A DNA stretch of 64,000 nucleotides, taken from NCBI GenBank assembly GCA_030324005.1, contig JARDVH010000042.1, positions 64,037,167-64,101,166 of the forward strand, in the 5' to 3' direction. A model generated the notes under the pieces. The model saw only the letters and a program-made list of their open reading frames with translations. It did no database searches and had not been told where the DNA came from. Position numbers and translations under genes: made by a program. The stretch comes from Negaprion brevirostris (taxonomy: Eukaryota). Below, one piece after another: positions 11,811-25,204 of this stretch (positions are counted from its first letter, which is position 1; each line of letters opens with the position of its first letter).

Positions 11811-13917
11811 GGAAACTGGAACAGTTGTACCCTTCTAAATCAGATTTCATAGCTCTTTAGCAGCAATGGATGTTATCTCTTTGATTAACTCTTCCCCTTA
11901 AATGTGTCCTTGTTATTTTCTATTATTTATTTGTTAAAGTGGTTTTGTTATTCACACTGAGCTAATTTTTGGCCATATGTTCTAAATTATTCTCTTAATA
12001 TTTTTCCTGTTTACCTTTAATTGTTTTCTATGGAAGTGATTTTAAACCTTTTATGGAAGAATTGATCTTTTAAAGTTTGTTTTTCTAACTTGTTGAAGTA
12101 AGTTTTTAGAATGCCTTCTGAATAGATAAGGAGAGATAAACCATCATGAAAGCTTTTAAAGTTACTTTGAAAATGACTTTAAAGCTTTTTCTTATGTGTG
12201 AAAAGAACTTGAAAGAACCTGGTGTTAGTTTACGTGTGGCACAGATAAGATCTGTTCAACACCTGCTGATCATGTATATGGCTTAAGATTTCTGAGTAAA
12301 ATGGCTGTAGTTGAATTCTTAATTAATTTCACAATTAACATCCCAAATTCATATGAATTACACTTACTAGTTCATATANNNNNNNNNNNNNNNNNNNNNN
12401 NNNNNNNNNNNNNNNNNNNNNNNNNNNNNNNNNNNNNNNNNNNNNNNNNNNNNNNNNNNNNNNNNNNNNNNNNNNNNNTTCATATATTTCCTTCACAGTA
12501 CAGTTAGCCATGAGAAGGGGGTAGGGGAGCCAAAGGAAGGTTGTGCTAGTAGGCGACAGTATAGTCAGGGTGATTGACACTGTTCTCTGCAGCAAACAGC
12601 AAGAGTGCAGGTGCCTGTTGTTGCCATGCTCGGTGCCAGGGTTCAGGACATCTCAGGGCTGGATATGAACATGCAATGATAGGGGAAGGATCCAGTTGTC
12701 ATGGATCGTGTCGGTACCAATAACGCAAGTACATCTAGGAAAGAGCACTGAGAGTATGAGGAGCTAGACATTAAATTGAAAAGCAGAATCTCAAACGTAC
12801 CTGAGCCATGTACAAATGGACATAGGGTACATAAAATTAAAGAGGCGAATGAGAGGCTCAAAGACTGCTGTGGAAGAAGTGGGTTTCAGTTCGTGGGACA
12901 CAGGCATCAGTACTGAGGAAAATTGGGAATGTACTATTGGGAAGGCCTTGCTGGGACCAATGTTCTAGCAAACTATGTGACTAGGAAATAGAGAGCGTTT
13001 TAAGCTAAATAGTGGAGGCACGAAGGGAAGATTTCACAAATCAAAGAGTAGAGAAAAGGCAATACAGAAATGTATTAATGTGGGAAATTATAAACAGACT
13101 GTGACAGGAAGGGACAGAAATACAGGGCGTACAAATCTAAGAGGAACAAAGCAGATAAGACTAAGAGTTAAAAATTAATAAAAGGACAAAGCAGAAGGCT
13201 CTCTGTCCAAATGCACATTGCATTCAAAACAAAACAGATGAACTGAAAGTGCAAATGGGAATAAACAAGTAGAAGCTGATAGCCATTACATGGACATGGC
13301 TGCAGGATGACATCGATGGCAAACTGAATATTGATGGGTACATGACATTCAGGAAGACAGGGAGCCATGAAAAGGTGGGAGGGCTGGTTTTAATTAATGA
13401 TGGTATTAGCACATTAGAGAGGGATGACTTAAATTCAGGAAACCAGAATATAGAAATGATTTGGTTAATATGTGGAAAGGTAGAGAAGAAATTTCTTGTG
13501 GGAGTGGTGTACAGGTCTTCTAATGGTGACCATATTGTAGAACAGATTATAAAGAAAGAAGTAAAGGAATCTTGTCAAAAATGTATCGAAATAATCATGG
13601 GAATTTTAACCTGCATCTGAAAAATCAGATGAGAAAAGATAGCCCAGATGAGGAATTCACAGAATGTTTTCAGGAATGGTTTCCAATTTTTTTCTTTATG
13701 CGGACCATTAGATCACCATCAAAAGCTTTTGCGGACCATAACGTGCACAAGCCAATTATTAAAACATTTTAGTTAACATTGTCTATGGCTGACAGTAAAA
13801 CTTGTATATCAACATGTGTTTAAATGGCAGCTATTTCTAAAAGTTACAAAAACATTGCACTTGTCACAGCACATTCATTTGCAGTAGGCCTACTAGTGGA
13901 AACGGATAACCCTTATC

Positions 13918-15990
13918 TAGTGAGAAAGCTGATGTTTTTTCGCAGACGTCAAATGCTGGATGTCAGGTTCCAGGGGTGACAATCTGTATCGGACATCTGG
14001 TTCAGTAAGTTTATTCCGATATTTGGTCTTCAATTCAACATGCTGTGAAAACCCAATTTCACAAAGGAAGGTTATATAAAAAGGCAACAGAAACTTTACT
14101 GCCTTATCGGACAGTTCTGGGTATTCTGAAGCAACTCAAAGCCAAGGATCAGTCAAGTGGTTCTGAGAAACATCCAGCTTCAAAGCATTGTCTCAAGACA
14201 TGGGGGCGATTCTCCCCCAAATGTTCTGTGATGAATTTGCATGAAAACTTGAGTAAATCACACTGGATTTTTAAGTGGGAGTTCAGCGAAGAATCTCCCA
14301 CACTCTGTGCACTGCAGAGTGCGCTAGCATAAATTGCGTGATAAATCAGTGGGCGGGACCTATTCCCACTGGAGAGGCTGACAGCATGGCGTTGAACAGG
14401 CCACTGCACGTATTCCGATCTGTCAGCACCGAGATTGGTGCATGTGCAATGGGCCATGTCTGCTGGACTCCCAATTGCTGGCCAGCTTCGCGAACCCGCG
14501 ACACTAGCCCTTCGCCCCACGCCCACCCCCCACAGCCTGATCGCTGGCCCCCCAAGCAAGGCCCAGTCCCAACCCTCCCTGGCCAGTCTGCCTCATTCAC
14601 TGCCCGCTCCACAGCCCCGATCTCCCGTTCAACACCCTCTTCCCACTAAGCCCTGACCCCTCTCCCCCAGCAGGCTGAACCCCCACCCCCCCCAATGGCC
14701 AGCCCCAATTGCTGGCCTCCCTCTTCTGCTCACGATCGCAGTGCAGAGTGGCAGTGGGACACCCCATCCCCATTGATCACCCCATCAGGCTTTACCCCGA
14801 TTAAGCCCTGCCTCTTGGAACTGCCCCATGCCAAATGGGCAATGCCCAAGATGCCCCCTGGGCGAAGGCCTTTTGCCCCTTGGACAGTGCCAGGGGGTCC
14901 AGGCTGACACCTCATGTTGCCAATGCCCGGGGGAATCCTCCCCGGCTGCCAGACCCTCTCGTGGGTCCCCGATTACCCCCCTCTTCACTCCAGCAGATTT
15001 GGACTGCTAGCTCCCCATTAATGATACTTAAATTGGATTTGCATACCTAATACGACTCCATACCTATTTCTGGCATGGAACTGACGGCACAGGAAATGGA
15101 GACGCACTAAGGGCTGGACACCCAGCGCGGATCGCGCATTTCAGGCCTTGCTGAAACCTCTTGGCCTGCTGAGCGATGGGAGAATCACCCCCAAGGTCAG
15201 GCTTGTGAGCACCTCATCATCAAAGCTCGCAAAAATATTTTGTATCCAGTTGAACTTTGTGTCGGGAACAGGGGAGTATTCGTGTGGCTGTGTTTTCAGA
15301 TTTTGCAGGTGCTCTCTGATGTTATGTTTCACACTGTTTGGAAGCTGTGTTTCTGCTGTGGCCAAAAAATCTGACAGATTCACAAACAAATCAAAAATTG
15401 ACTGCTCAAGTTGTTTGGCTCACATCTCTATTTTCTTGACCATGGCTTTTATTTTGACCTACACATGAAAACCTGTCACTCATTTTCCTTGGAGACTCAG
15501 ATTGAGACCATTTAGGTGTTTGAAAATGTCTGCCATATATGCCAATTTGGCGCACTGAAAATCACCGAGGCGTTTTGAGAGTTCAAACTTTGAGTCAAGT
15601 AAAAAAAAATTCACTTTGTCATGCATTTTGAAAAGATGTGCAAGTATTTTTTCTCGGGAGAGCCATTGGACTTCAGTTTGCAGAAGTGGTTGATCTTATT
15701 ACTGTCCATCTCCTCACACACAGCTGCAAATATTCATAAATTCAGTCGACAAGCCTTGATAAAATTAATGGTCCAAAACACTCAAGAGATTGGCAAGCAT
15801 TTTCTTTGCAGCCAATACCTCCCCTATGAATGCTGCAGTGAATGGGTGTTGCTAGCGGAATCACTGCTCCTGCACACATAACAATCCCACTGTGTTGGCC
15901 TGACTTTGCGTAGGCCCCATCTGTGCTAACCATATGTATTTTGGCCAATCAATCCCATTGCAAACAATGTAACATCGATTATGATATATG
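13918..15990 (-). pseudogene. Decayed Charlie/Buster-type (ZBED5/SCAND3-like) transposase
   Basis: STDGA..HCSIHR and the C-terminal dimerisation domain EYPELSDKAVKFLLPF..LCEIGFS..KTKYRNKL..SH*; frameshifted and interrupted by a MITE. Confidence 0.85.
14202..15192. mobile_element. Non-autonomous Harbinger-like MITE nested in the hAT
   Basis: TIRs GGGGGCGATTCTCCC / GGGAGAATCACCCCC; GC-rich body shared with other copies; TSD not clean. Confidence 0.8.
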
Positions 15991-17077
15991 AGGTACAAGT
16001 AACTGTATGTTTTATCCCCCATGGATTACCCGGAGTCCCTTGCGGACCAGACTACAGGTTGGGAACCATTGGTTTACAGGATAGTTTATTAGAACAGCCA
16101 GGGAGCAGGATATTCCAGAATTAGTATTGTGAAATGAGCTAGGATTAATTAATGACTCAAAGTGAATGTGCCCCTAGGTAGGAGTGATCATAATATGATT
16201 GAATTTTGCTTTCAGTTTGAGGGAGACAAGAGTGGGTCTAAGGTTAGTATTTTAAAATAAAATAAGGGAGTGAAAGTAAAGTCAAAACACATGCAATGGC
16301 AGATATTTAAGGGGATATTTCAGAATGTTAAGAATAGTCACTTGCAATGAGAAAAAAATTCAAGAGGAGGACCACATCCATGGTTAACTAAAGATATTAT
16401 TAAACTCAAAAAAAAAAGCATATAATTGCACAAAGACAAGCGGCAGGTCAGAAGGTTGGACAAAATATAAAAATAAACAGCAAAGTATGACTGAAAGTTT
16501 GATAGGGAAAGAAAAATTAAGAGTACAAGAGAAAGCTCAATGTAAAGACAGATATGAACTTTTATAGATAATTAAAAAAGTTAACGAAGTGAGCATTGGT
16601 CCAATGCAAAGTAAGTCTGGTGAATTAATCATTAATTAATTAAACAAGGAAATGACAAATAAACTGAGTAGATATAGAAGATGCAAGTAATATCTGAGAA
16701 ATAGCAATGAATCAGGGAATGGAAAGGAAGGAGGAACTTGGGAAAATTACAATCACCAAGGAATTGGTACTGAGGAAACTATTGGAACTGTGGGATGACA
16801 AATTCTCAGGTCCTGTTGGGCTTCATCCCAAAATGGCTGGGAAGGTAATTAATGTGTTGGTTTTAATTTTCCACCATACTCTAAATTCAGAAATAGCAAA
16901 TATAACTCCTATTCAAAAGGGAAGGAGTCAGAAAGCAGAAAATCACAGGCTGGTTGGCTTAACATTTATCATAGAGAAATTGTGAGAGGTTATTATTACA
17001 GTTGTTATAGGGGAGTACTTGGAAAAAATTCTGGGTAATCAGGCAGAGTCAACATGACTTTGTGAAAGATAAATCAT

Positions 17078-19006
17078 GGGCAGGAGTTTACACCCAGGTG
17101 GGAGCATGTCTGACCCAGAAATGCATGAAGTAGCATGTGATNNNNNNNNNNNNNNNNNNNNNNNNNNNNNNNNNNNNNNNNNNNNNNNNNNNNNNNNNNN
17201 NNNNNNNNNNNNNNNNNNNNNNNNNNNNNNNNNNNNNNNNNNNNNNNNNNNNNNNNNNNNNNNNNNNNNNNNNNNNNNNNNNNNNNNNNNNNNNNNNNNN
17301 NNNNNNNNNNNNNNNNNNNNNNNNNNNNNNNNNNNNNNNNNNNNNNNNNNNNNNNNNNNNNNNNNNNNNNNNNNNNNNNNNNNNNNNNNNNNNNNNNNNN
17401 NNNNNNNNNNNNNNNNNNNNNNNNNNNNNNNNNNNNNNNNNNNNNNNNNNNNNNNNNNNNNNNNNNNNNNNNNNNNNNNNNNNNNNNNNNNNNNNNNNNN
17501 NNNNNNNNNNNNNNNNNNNNNNNNNNNNNNNNNNNNNNNNNNNNNNNNNNNNNNNNNNNNNNNNNNNNNNNNNNNNNNNNNNNNNNNNNNNNNNNNNNNN
17601 NNNNNNNNNNNNNNNNNNNNNNNNNNNNNNNNNNNNNNNNNNNNNNNNNNNNNNNNNNNNNNNNNNNNNNNNNNNNNNNNNNNNNNNNNNNNNNNNNNNN
17701 NNNNNNNNNNNNNNNNNNNNNNNNNNNNNNNNNNNNNNNNNNNNNNNNNNNNNNNNNNNNNNNNNNGTTAAATCTCAGACACTGGGCATTGGTGTAGATC
17801 GATAGCATATCTACTGTCAATAATGGAGCTACGTGAAATGATTATCTCTCCAATTGACGACAATATTATGTTGCCCCTGTGATTTGTAGGTCATCCATGA
17901 TCAGCACAGGTAGTCGGCCAGATCTGAATCATTCTAGGGCTGTGCTTGCGATAATTGTGGAGTCGCACGGTCAGCTGCACATAGGCTGTATCAAATGGAT
18001 GACTGCTGTTCTGTTCAGGTCAGTGAAAAAATTCCTTCATTTTTGCATGGACCAAGTCAGCCAAATGAGCCAAGGGCTTTGCAATTGAAGGTCCCTGACA
18101 TCCAGGGTGTCATTGATTGTACCCATATGGCATGTGGCCATCAAGGTGCCAGCCATTCAGTGGGCAAATTGCCTACAGAAAGAGGTTTTATTCCATGATT
18201 GTTCAGATAGTCTGTGACCACAAGACCTAGATTCTACAGGCCTATTCAAGATATCTGGCAGATCCCACGATGCCTACATACTGTGCCACTCACAAGTGCC
18301 AAAGCTCTTCCCTGCTCCAGCTCATCTCAATGGGTGGTTGATTGGTGACAAAGGATAACCTTTGAAAAGGTGGCTGATGAGAGCTCTCAGGTACCCAAGA
18401 ACAGAGTCAGAAGATAGATACAATCGCTGCCATGTATCCAGACAGATGGTGGAGAGGATCACTGGCCTGCTGAAATTAAGTTTTCAAAGCCTGGACTTGT
18501 TTGTGGGCAACCGGCAAAATCTGCCCAAGTGAGTATCGGTTATCACTCCAGTCTTCTGTGCTCTCCACAATCTGGCTCTCTCTCAGGCAGGCAGCAGTGA
18601 ATCTCTGGACTAGGAAGCCTGCACTTGCCTCAGAAGAGGACATCAGCAACTGCTATGCTAGGTTAGGCTGGCATGCTCTGCCTTCACACACAATCTACCT
18701 CCATCCCAAACACATCACACTTAACCATTTGAGGAGCTAACTGTGGCATCACTACCTTAGTAATAAAGCTTGATGTCCCAGAAGTCTCTCACCAGGCATT
18801 GACAAGGCTGACGGCAATTGAATACACAGGACACTGATAGCTTCTGAGCAAGTAGTGATTTATGGTAATGACTTCAGTTTAAACAAAACAAAAACATACA
18901 GTTAGATCATTTATAAATTCAAGTGATATAAAAAGAAAACTGAAGCACACAGGTCAAATCTCTGATGTGCCCACGGTGTGCGCAAGTCAGGCGTAAAATT
19001 CTGTCT
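17078..19006 (+). mobile_element. PIF/Harbinger transposon inserted in CR1
   Basis: Imperfect TIRs gggcaggagtttacacc / ggcgtaaaattctgtct; CAT TSD at 17075-17077 and 19007-19009. Confidence 0.8.
17940..18580 (+). pseudogene. Decayed HARBI1-like DDE transposase
   Basis: IQGVIDCTH, VQIVCDH, SHDAYIL, GWLIGDKG*PLKRWLM, VERITGLLKLSF, CALHN with stops and frameshifts. Confidence 0.9.
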
Positions 19007-19717
19007 CATGTTTCACCACTTTATTGGAGCTGTATAAGGAAGTAACATGGAACTGGTGGATTTACTGTATTTCCAGAAGGCATTTGATAAGCTGCCACAT
19101 CAAAGATTATTGTGAAAAATAAAAGCTCAGGTGTAGGGGCTAACATGTTGGCATGGATGGAAGATTGGCAGGCTAACAGAAAACAGTCTGCATAAAAGTT
19201 GGCAGATGTAATGTAATGATGCCACAGAGGTCAGTTCTGGGGTCTCAACTTTTTCCAATTTAGATAAATGACTTGGATGGAGGGACCAAAATTATGGTTG
19301 CAAAAAGGATAGTAAAGAAGAAGATATAAAGGTTGCAAAGACACATAGTTAGGTTATATGAATGGGCAAAGACCTGGTAAATGGAATATAATGTGGGAAA
19401 GTGTGTAATTGTCTATTTTGGCAGTATAAATAAAACAAAACATATCATTGAAATGGTGAGAGACTGTAGAGCTCTGAGATGCAAAGAGACCTGTGTGTTC
19501 TAATGCACAAAAAGGCTTGGATGCAGGTACAGAAAATAATTAGGAAAATTAATAGAATTTATCACTTATTGCTTGGGGATTGAATGCAAAACTAGGGAGT
19601 TTATGATTCAGTTATACAGGGCTGGTGTGACCACATCAGAATACTGTGTACACAGATGAGTACCCAGAGTTTCGAGAATCTTTGGAACTCTCTTCCTCAA
19701 AAGGCTGTGGAAGCCGA

Positions 19718-19877
19718 GGCCAAATCTTTCCAGCCTTCCGGTCCAGCTGACGGTGACCCACCACAACGGGTTACCCAGTGGCCGAGGGTGCAAAAAATGA
19801 GAAAACCCATTGAATGTGGTGGGGCTGGAGGGGAGAGTGGGGGCAGAAAACATGCTCGGGGGCGGGAAATCACACCC
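19718..19877. mobile_element. Small Harbinger MITE in the CR1 3' region
   Basis: GG..CCC termini, CGA/AGA flanks, CR1 resumes afterwards; similar element at ~20776-20937. Confidence 0.6.
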
Positions 19878-21286
19878 AGAGTCTGAATATTTTTAAGGCA
19901 GAGGTAAACAGATTTTGAACTGAGTAAAGACATCTCGGATGAATGATGTCACTACTATTATAAGTGCTGTGAGATTATAGTTCTGCNNNNNNNNNNTCTA
20001 AAACTTCAAAATAGCCATTAATCTGCATCCAGACAATCAAGAGGAGAAGCTTTCCGACAGTGAAATGGAAGAGTGCAGAAATTGATGTTTAGATTTCACG
20101 CCAACAACAGTTCTGAAATACTTGCCTCCATTATCTTCTGTCATCCTCAGATGGCACAGTGAGTAGATATTAAACAATGCGACTTTCCACTGCCTCACCA
20201 CTCTAACTTCGTCATAGGAAGAACTCAGAATGCTGTCACACTTTGTATAGTGACATGGAACAGTGTGCATGACCATGGTGTGTGCGTCTCTCATTAAATC
20301 AGTCTAACTAAGAAATACTCATAAAAGGAATGATAAGGCAAAAGAAACAGATTTTGGGGAAATTTTCAGCCATATTGTCAGAGAGAATGGCGATGTGGAC
20401 TGAAAATCTGGAGAGAATCTGGAAAAGTGGTTCTCTCCAGAGAGATCACATTGCACCTTTTTCTTCCCCCCCCCACCCTTCACCGGTGGCGTTGTGAGGT
20501 TCACGCCCACAAAGCAGGAGAATCTAATTTTTTATGTGTTAGTATAAAGTTAAATATAATTATCAACTCCCCTATCCCTCCACACTGTATTTTCCTCCTC
20601 CCTATATTTTCAAAACTCACAACAGGTTCACCCAGATGTAAACCTGTCGAGGGGATCTCTCTGGGGGGCACAAAAGTGAGGATAAGCCCCTTAGGAAAGA
20701 GGGACATGGCTAGGTACACAATGTTACAGAGACTGTGATTCAATGCAGATTTGTCTTTACTGCTAATGGCACAATAACTGGGATTCTCTGGCCTCCCCTC
20801 GCTGGTTTTCTCAATGGCAGAAGGCAGCACACCTTTAGTTGGTGGCAGAATCTTCTGATCCTGCTGCTGTCAATGGGAAACATGCAGTGAGCATGCACCA
20901 TCCAGAGGATCAGAAGATGAGCCAAAAGATTGCGCCCAATGTTCTAGGAAAGTACATTGAAAACCTATCCCTGCAGTTTTGTCTGAAGTTCAAATTACGA
21001 TGAAATAATTACCATTTTTCCAATTTCTGGAAAAGCATAAATTCTAGAGTCTTGTGTTTAAAAAGGATTCAATTGCAATGTGTTTAAGTAATATTTACTT
21101 AATCAACTTAATCAAAAGGTAATCGTGGTTAGTGTTATGAAGACAAATCAATTTAGCACAATAACTATGGATGCAGTAACAGTTGTCAATTTACAAATTA
21201 ATCTTTGTTATGGATGTAATAAAATGTAAAATTTTCCTAATCTTCAGCCAACTATAACCCTAATATAATGTTGAAAATGCCATTCA

Positions 21287-21510
21287 GACTGGATGATGCA
21301 GTGAGTTCAACAGTGGCCTTTCACATTTGAAAATGAGTTCAAATCTAATGATAATGAATGAAAGTCTCCTCTGTCTGCTTGCTGTAAGGGTTCTATGAGA
21401 AATGAATATTTGGGCACTCTCAGTCCGGTTCTTAATGGAAATAGCCCTACAGCACAAAACTCTCCCTAATTATCACTAATTGGTTCTAAATTGGTCATCT
21501 TCCTTAGGGA
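21287..21510 (+). mobile_element. LF-SINE-like ancient SINE relic
   Basis: Colinear blocks gactggatg..cagtg, gcctttcac, gttcaaatc, gaaagt, ctatgagaaatga, tctcagtccggttc, cacaaaac, cactaattgg match my recollection of the LF-SINE consensus. Confidence 0.7.
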
Positions 21511-22419
21511 CATCACAGGATGGTGACTGAAGTGAGTGACATAAATGTGTAAAACAGTTGTTTGCTGAGATATGAGGCCTTATTTTTAGGTCTTGCCAGG
21601 GGTGAAAACAGAGAGCAGGGCAAGTTCTGAAAATGCTGAAAATAATGACACTTGCCAGTTTCTCATTATCATTTTCACTGCTGTGCTGGCTTCACCAGGA
21701 CCTGGGAGTGGTGGGGGGATGGAGGNNNNNNNNNNNNNNNNNNNNNNNNNNNNNNNNNNNNNNNNNNNNNNNNNNNNNNNNNNNNNNNNNNNNNNNNNNN
21801 ACTTCATTGAGTTTTGATAGAGGTGTAGATTTTTGGGGGGCAACACACAGAATGTGTACTACATCAGGGACAGACCAGCTGCATGGAAGCATCAATATAG
21901 TGAATTGCCAGTCACAGCCAGACTACTCAGCCATTGGTACGCAGGTGCCATTGGATGTAAATGTAGTGGGGAGTGTGTTGACTACTCATTCAGGCATTCC
22001 ATGGGGTCATCATTTCCCTGGGATTCTGGAGGCATAAGGGGAGAGCTTCAGGGCAAATTGGGAGTCTGCCTGATTTTAAGAAAGGCAGCAGTTGGCAGTC
22101 AGAGCTTTGATTCTCTTATTTCAGTTCCAGTAGTAATGAGGAGCAACATCCTCTGCAGGAAGGGCAGAATCCAATGTAGCAGGAGGACAGCAGGTTGGAT
22201 GGCAGGAAGGCCACAGGGGTCATGACCCCAGTACACAATTTATTGATGGAGAAGGTGCAACCTTGGAGAGAACCGATGGCGTAAAAGATTGCGATTTTCC
22301 AGATAGATGAAGATTTGTGCCTCATTGCAGAGAACCTCACAGCACTGCTCACCAGTAACTGTCAGAGTTACTGTGGCCTTGAGTTTTGTTTCCACTGACT
22401 CCTTCCAAAGATCAGTTAT

Positions 22420-22660
22420 TAACCTCCTGGCATTCCTCAGGTGACTATTGCATCCCGCAGATTACTGATGCCCTACTGCTGGTTCTGTGGATCCAGTTCC
22501 TTCAGACCACATGTCATCTACTCATGCTCTCAGCCACCTCTATCTATGCCTGCTTGATTAGGGGGAGTGGCATTCTCATCCCATCCTCAGGAAAGAAGAC
22601 CTCCCTCCTTTCTCTCACTGCTTCAAAGAGAATCTCATGGTTGGTATCTGAAAAAGGTAA
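22420..22660 (-). pseudogene. Harbinger-associated Myb/SANT gene remnant
   Basis: EILFEAVRERREVFFPEDG on the minus strand; similar remnants at ~36760-36820 (-) and 53980-54145 (+). Confidence 0.55.
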
Positions 22661-23150
22661 GGCAATGTTGTCCTGGGTGCTAACCCTTTGCCTCTCTTAT
22701 GGGATCCCTGGTGCTGGAGGTTAAACAGCAACCACAGTAAATGCTGCCTTGGTCCATTTNNNNNNNNNNNNNNNNNNNNNNNNNNNNNNNNNNNNNNNNN
22801 NNNNNNNNNNNNNNNNNNNNNNNNNNNNNNNNNNNNNNNNNNNNNNNNNNNNNNNNNNNNNNNNNNNNNNNNNNNNNNNNNNNNNNNNNNNNNNNNNNNN
22901 NNNNNNNNNNNNNNNNNNNNNNNNNNNNNNNNNNNNNNNNNNNNNNNNNNNNNNNNNNNNNNNNNNNNNNNNNNNNNNNNNNNNNNNNNNNNNNNNNNNN
23001 NNNNNNNNNNNNNNNNNNNNNNNNNNNNNNNNNNNNNNNNNNNNNNNNNNNNNNNNNNNNNNNNNNNNNNNNNNNNNNNNNNNNNNNNNNNNNNNNNNNN
23101 NNNNNNNNNNNNNNNNNNNNNNNNNNNNNNNNNNNNNNNNNNNNNNNNNN

Positions 23151-23262
23151 CCCCCTAGTCCTACTGTCCTTTCTGAGCGGGAAGAGTCTCTCCACCTCTA
23201 TCCTATCCATCCCATTCATCATCTTATTTGTCTCAATGAGATCTCCCCTCATTCTTCTATTT
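23151..23262 (-). mobile_element. CR1 3' fragment next to a gap
   Basis: RRMRGDLIETNKMMNGMDRIEVERLFPL..SRTRG. Confidence 0.85.
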
Positions 23263-24379
23263 GGATATATACTTGAAGAGAACACAAAATACAGGGCAGA
23301 AAGAACAGAATGGGATAATAGGATAGCTTTACTGGAGAACTAGCACAGCCACAATGGAACGAGTGTCTTTCTTTAAGTGCTGGATCATTTTATAATAGAA
23401 ACTGTCATCTAATAGAACTGGTAATCAGATTTTAAACTGGAAAACCTGGTTGGAATAAAATTTTGAGAATTAAAGCAGGTTTATTTTGATTCTTTTGGAA
23501 AATTTGGAAATCTTCACATGTTGAAATTTTCTCTATAGAAATTTACTGATGAATCCAGGAACCTCCCCCTAACTGTATGTGTCCTGAATGTACCTACATG
23601 GTTGTAAATTTTCAAACTATGCTGCAGACAAAAAGCAAAAATCTTGAAGTAAAATTTAAAGAGAGATATTAATTGATACTAAATGATGTGGTGGGTAAGT
23701 TTAACATGATGTTGTGAAATAAGGGAATTATTTGATTTTTATCTTTTTAAAATCTTACTTTAGACAATATAATTGCAGCTATTATGAAACTGAAGGATGC
23801 CCCAGTTGGTTGATGGTTGATGCCTTAAATTGTCCTTACTAGTTTCTCATTTCGCAGTTTGAAAGTCAATAACTTTGCTTGAATTTGTTTCTATTCTAAT
23901 TCTTCAGTCCTGATTTGCCATTTTAGTTCAAGCCAATCAAGAAGTGTAAGTTCAAAAATATAATACAGGTTGGAAGGTTAATGTTTGTAGGCAGTACATG
24001 CTATAGGCAAGATGAGCTGAATAGTAGGACTTCTAATTTGCACAAACTTCTATTTGCACAAAATCAGCCAGAGAATTTCAACAGATAATTTTTTTTAGAT
24101 TTTTGATGTGAAAAAGATGCTGAAAGGGTCAAACATTAAGACTATTTGTTTAATAAAGAGACTGCAAGAAAGGTTATTTTAAAAAAAATGCATTGCAGAA
24201 TGTGTTGTTGGCTCCTTTCCTCTCAAATTAAAAGGTCACATTCCAATATGGACACAATCCATTTCTGGGAGAACACCAAAAACAAAATATTGCCGGGGAA
24301 GAGGCATGGAAGCTCAGAAAATGAAGCATTTCCATTGGCAGTCAAAAAGAAAATATGCCTATCCCACTCCTAAGCCACT

Positions 24380-24800
24380 GTCAACAACTTGGCTGTCTTC
24401 CAATTATTGTATCATCAGAAGTACTCTTTCGTACAGCAGATGGTATTGTCTTTTCTCATCGGTGCAGAATGGACCTAGAGTGAATAGGGGAGCTCGCATT
24501 TCTGACAATCAATTTGAGCTTTTGGTCAGTGTGAAATAGGAGGTTAATGTACCTTGGCAGGGTCTTGCGTCAGTGGACTGAAATTTAATTGAAAGTGCCT
24601 CACAACACATTATGGAAAGGTCAGATGAGGCGCTATCACTTTTCTGTTTAAGAGACAGATTTAACAGATGGGAGTTGTATGACTGGGTGGCCTAATGAGC
24701 ACTAGCAACAATAAATCATAGACCACAGTTATATAGCCAAATCAGCAATCACGTCATAATCTTTTCTATCCAATGTGGCATTTAAGGATGTTTTGTTGGG
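24380..24800. promoter_or_regulatory. Candidate enhancer / conserved non-coding element
   Basis: Three CAGATG E-boxes (24437, 24622, 24665); Pbx-Hox-like ATAAATCA (24711) next to Runx-like GACCACA; no TE similarity seen. Confidence 0.35.
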
Positions 24801-25204
24801 CAACAGCAACTGATCATTTTAGGTTAGGAGTTAATGGGCTTTACTATTTATTGCAGATATATAAATTATGTTCACTATAAGCATTTGATAGGAAAATAAA
24901 AATCAAACATTGCGCCTGCTTCTTCTCATCTTCATGAAAGCATTTTGCCATATTTCTCTCAAACACTTAAGATGGGAAAGATTATATTGAACTACACCTG
25001 CAGAGGATGATACAATTGGAAGACAGCCAAGAAGTTGATAGTGGCCTTCTTTAAAACCTGCGATTCTTCAGATGAATAAATCAATGCCCTGCCTATCTGT
25101 TTAGAATCATAGAATCCCTACAGTGCAGAAAGAGGCTGTACAGCCCATCAAGTCTGCACTGACTCTCTGACAGAGTGTCTTATCCATGCCCTCTCCCTGC
25201 CCTA

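Larger units (their letters stand above)
13674..16071 (-). mobile_element. hAT (Charlie/Buster) DNA transposon, internally deleted
   Basis: Imperfect TIRs gaatggtttccaattt / aggttgggaaccattg; 8-bp TSD gttttcag (13666-13673) / gtttacag (16072-16079); subterminal TGCGGACC motifs. Confidence 0.9.
12510..19930 (+). mobile_element. Near full-length decayed CR1 LINE split by DNA transposons (pieces ~12510-13673, 16072-17077, 19007-19717, 19878-19930)
   Basis: ORF1 SGNH esterase (VVLVGDSIVR, GARVQD, VGTNN), APE endonuclease (GVVYRSSN, GNFNL), then RT segments; the LINE resumes after each TSD. Confidence 0.9.

Noticed and set aside
12371-12486. ttcatata repeated across a gap
   Set aside because: Only 8 AT-rich bases; chance or assembly overlap.
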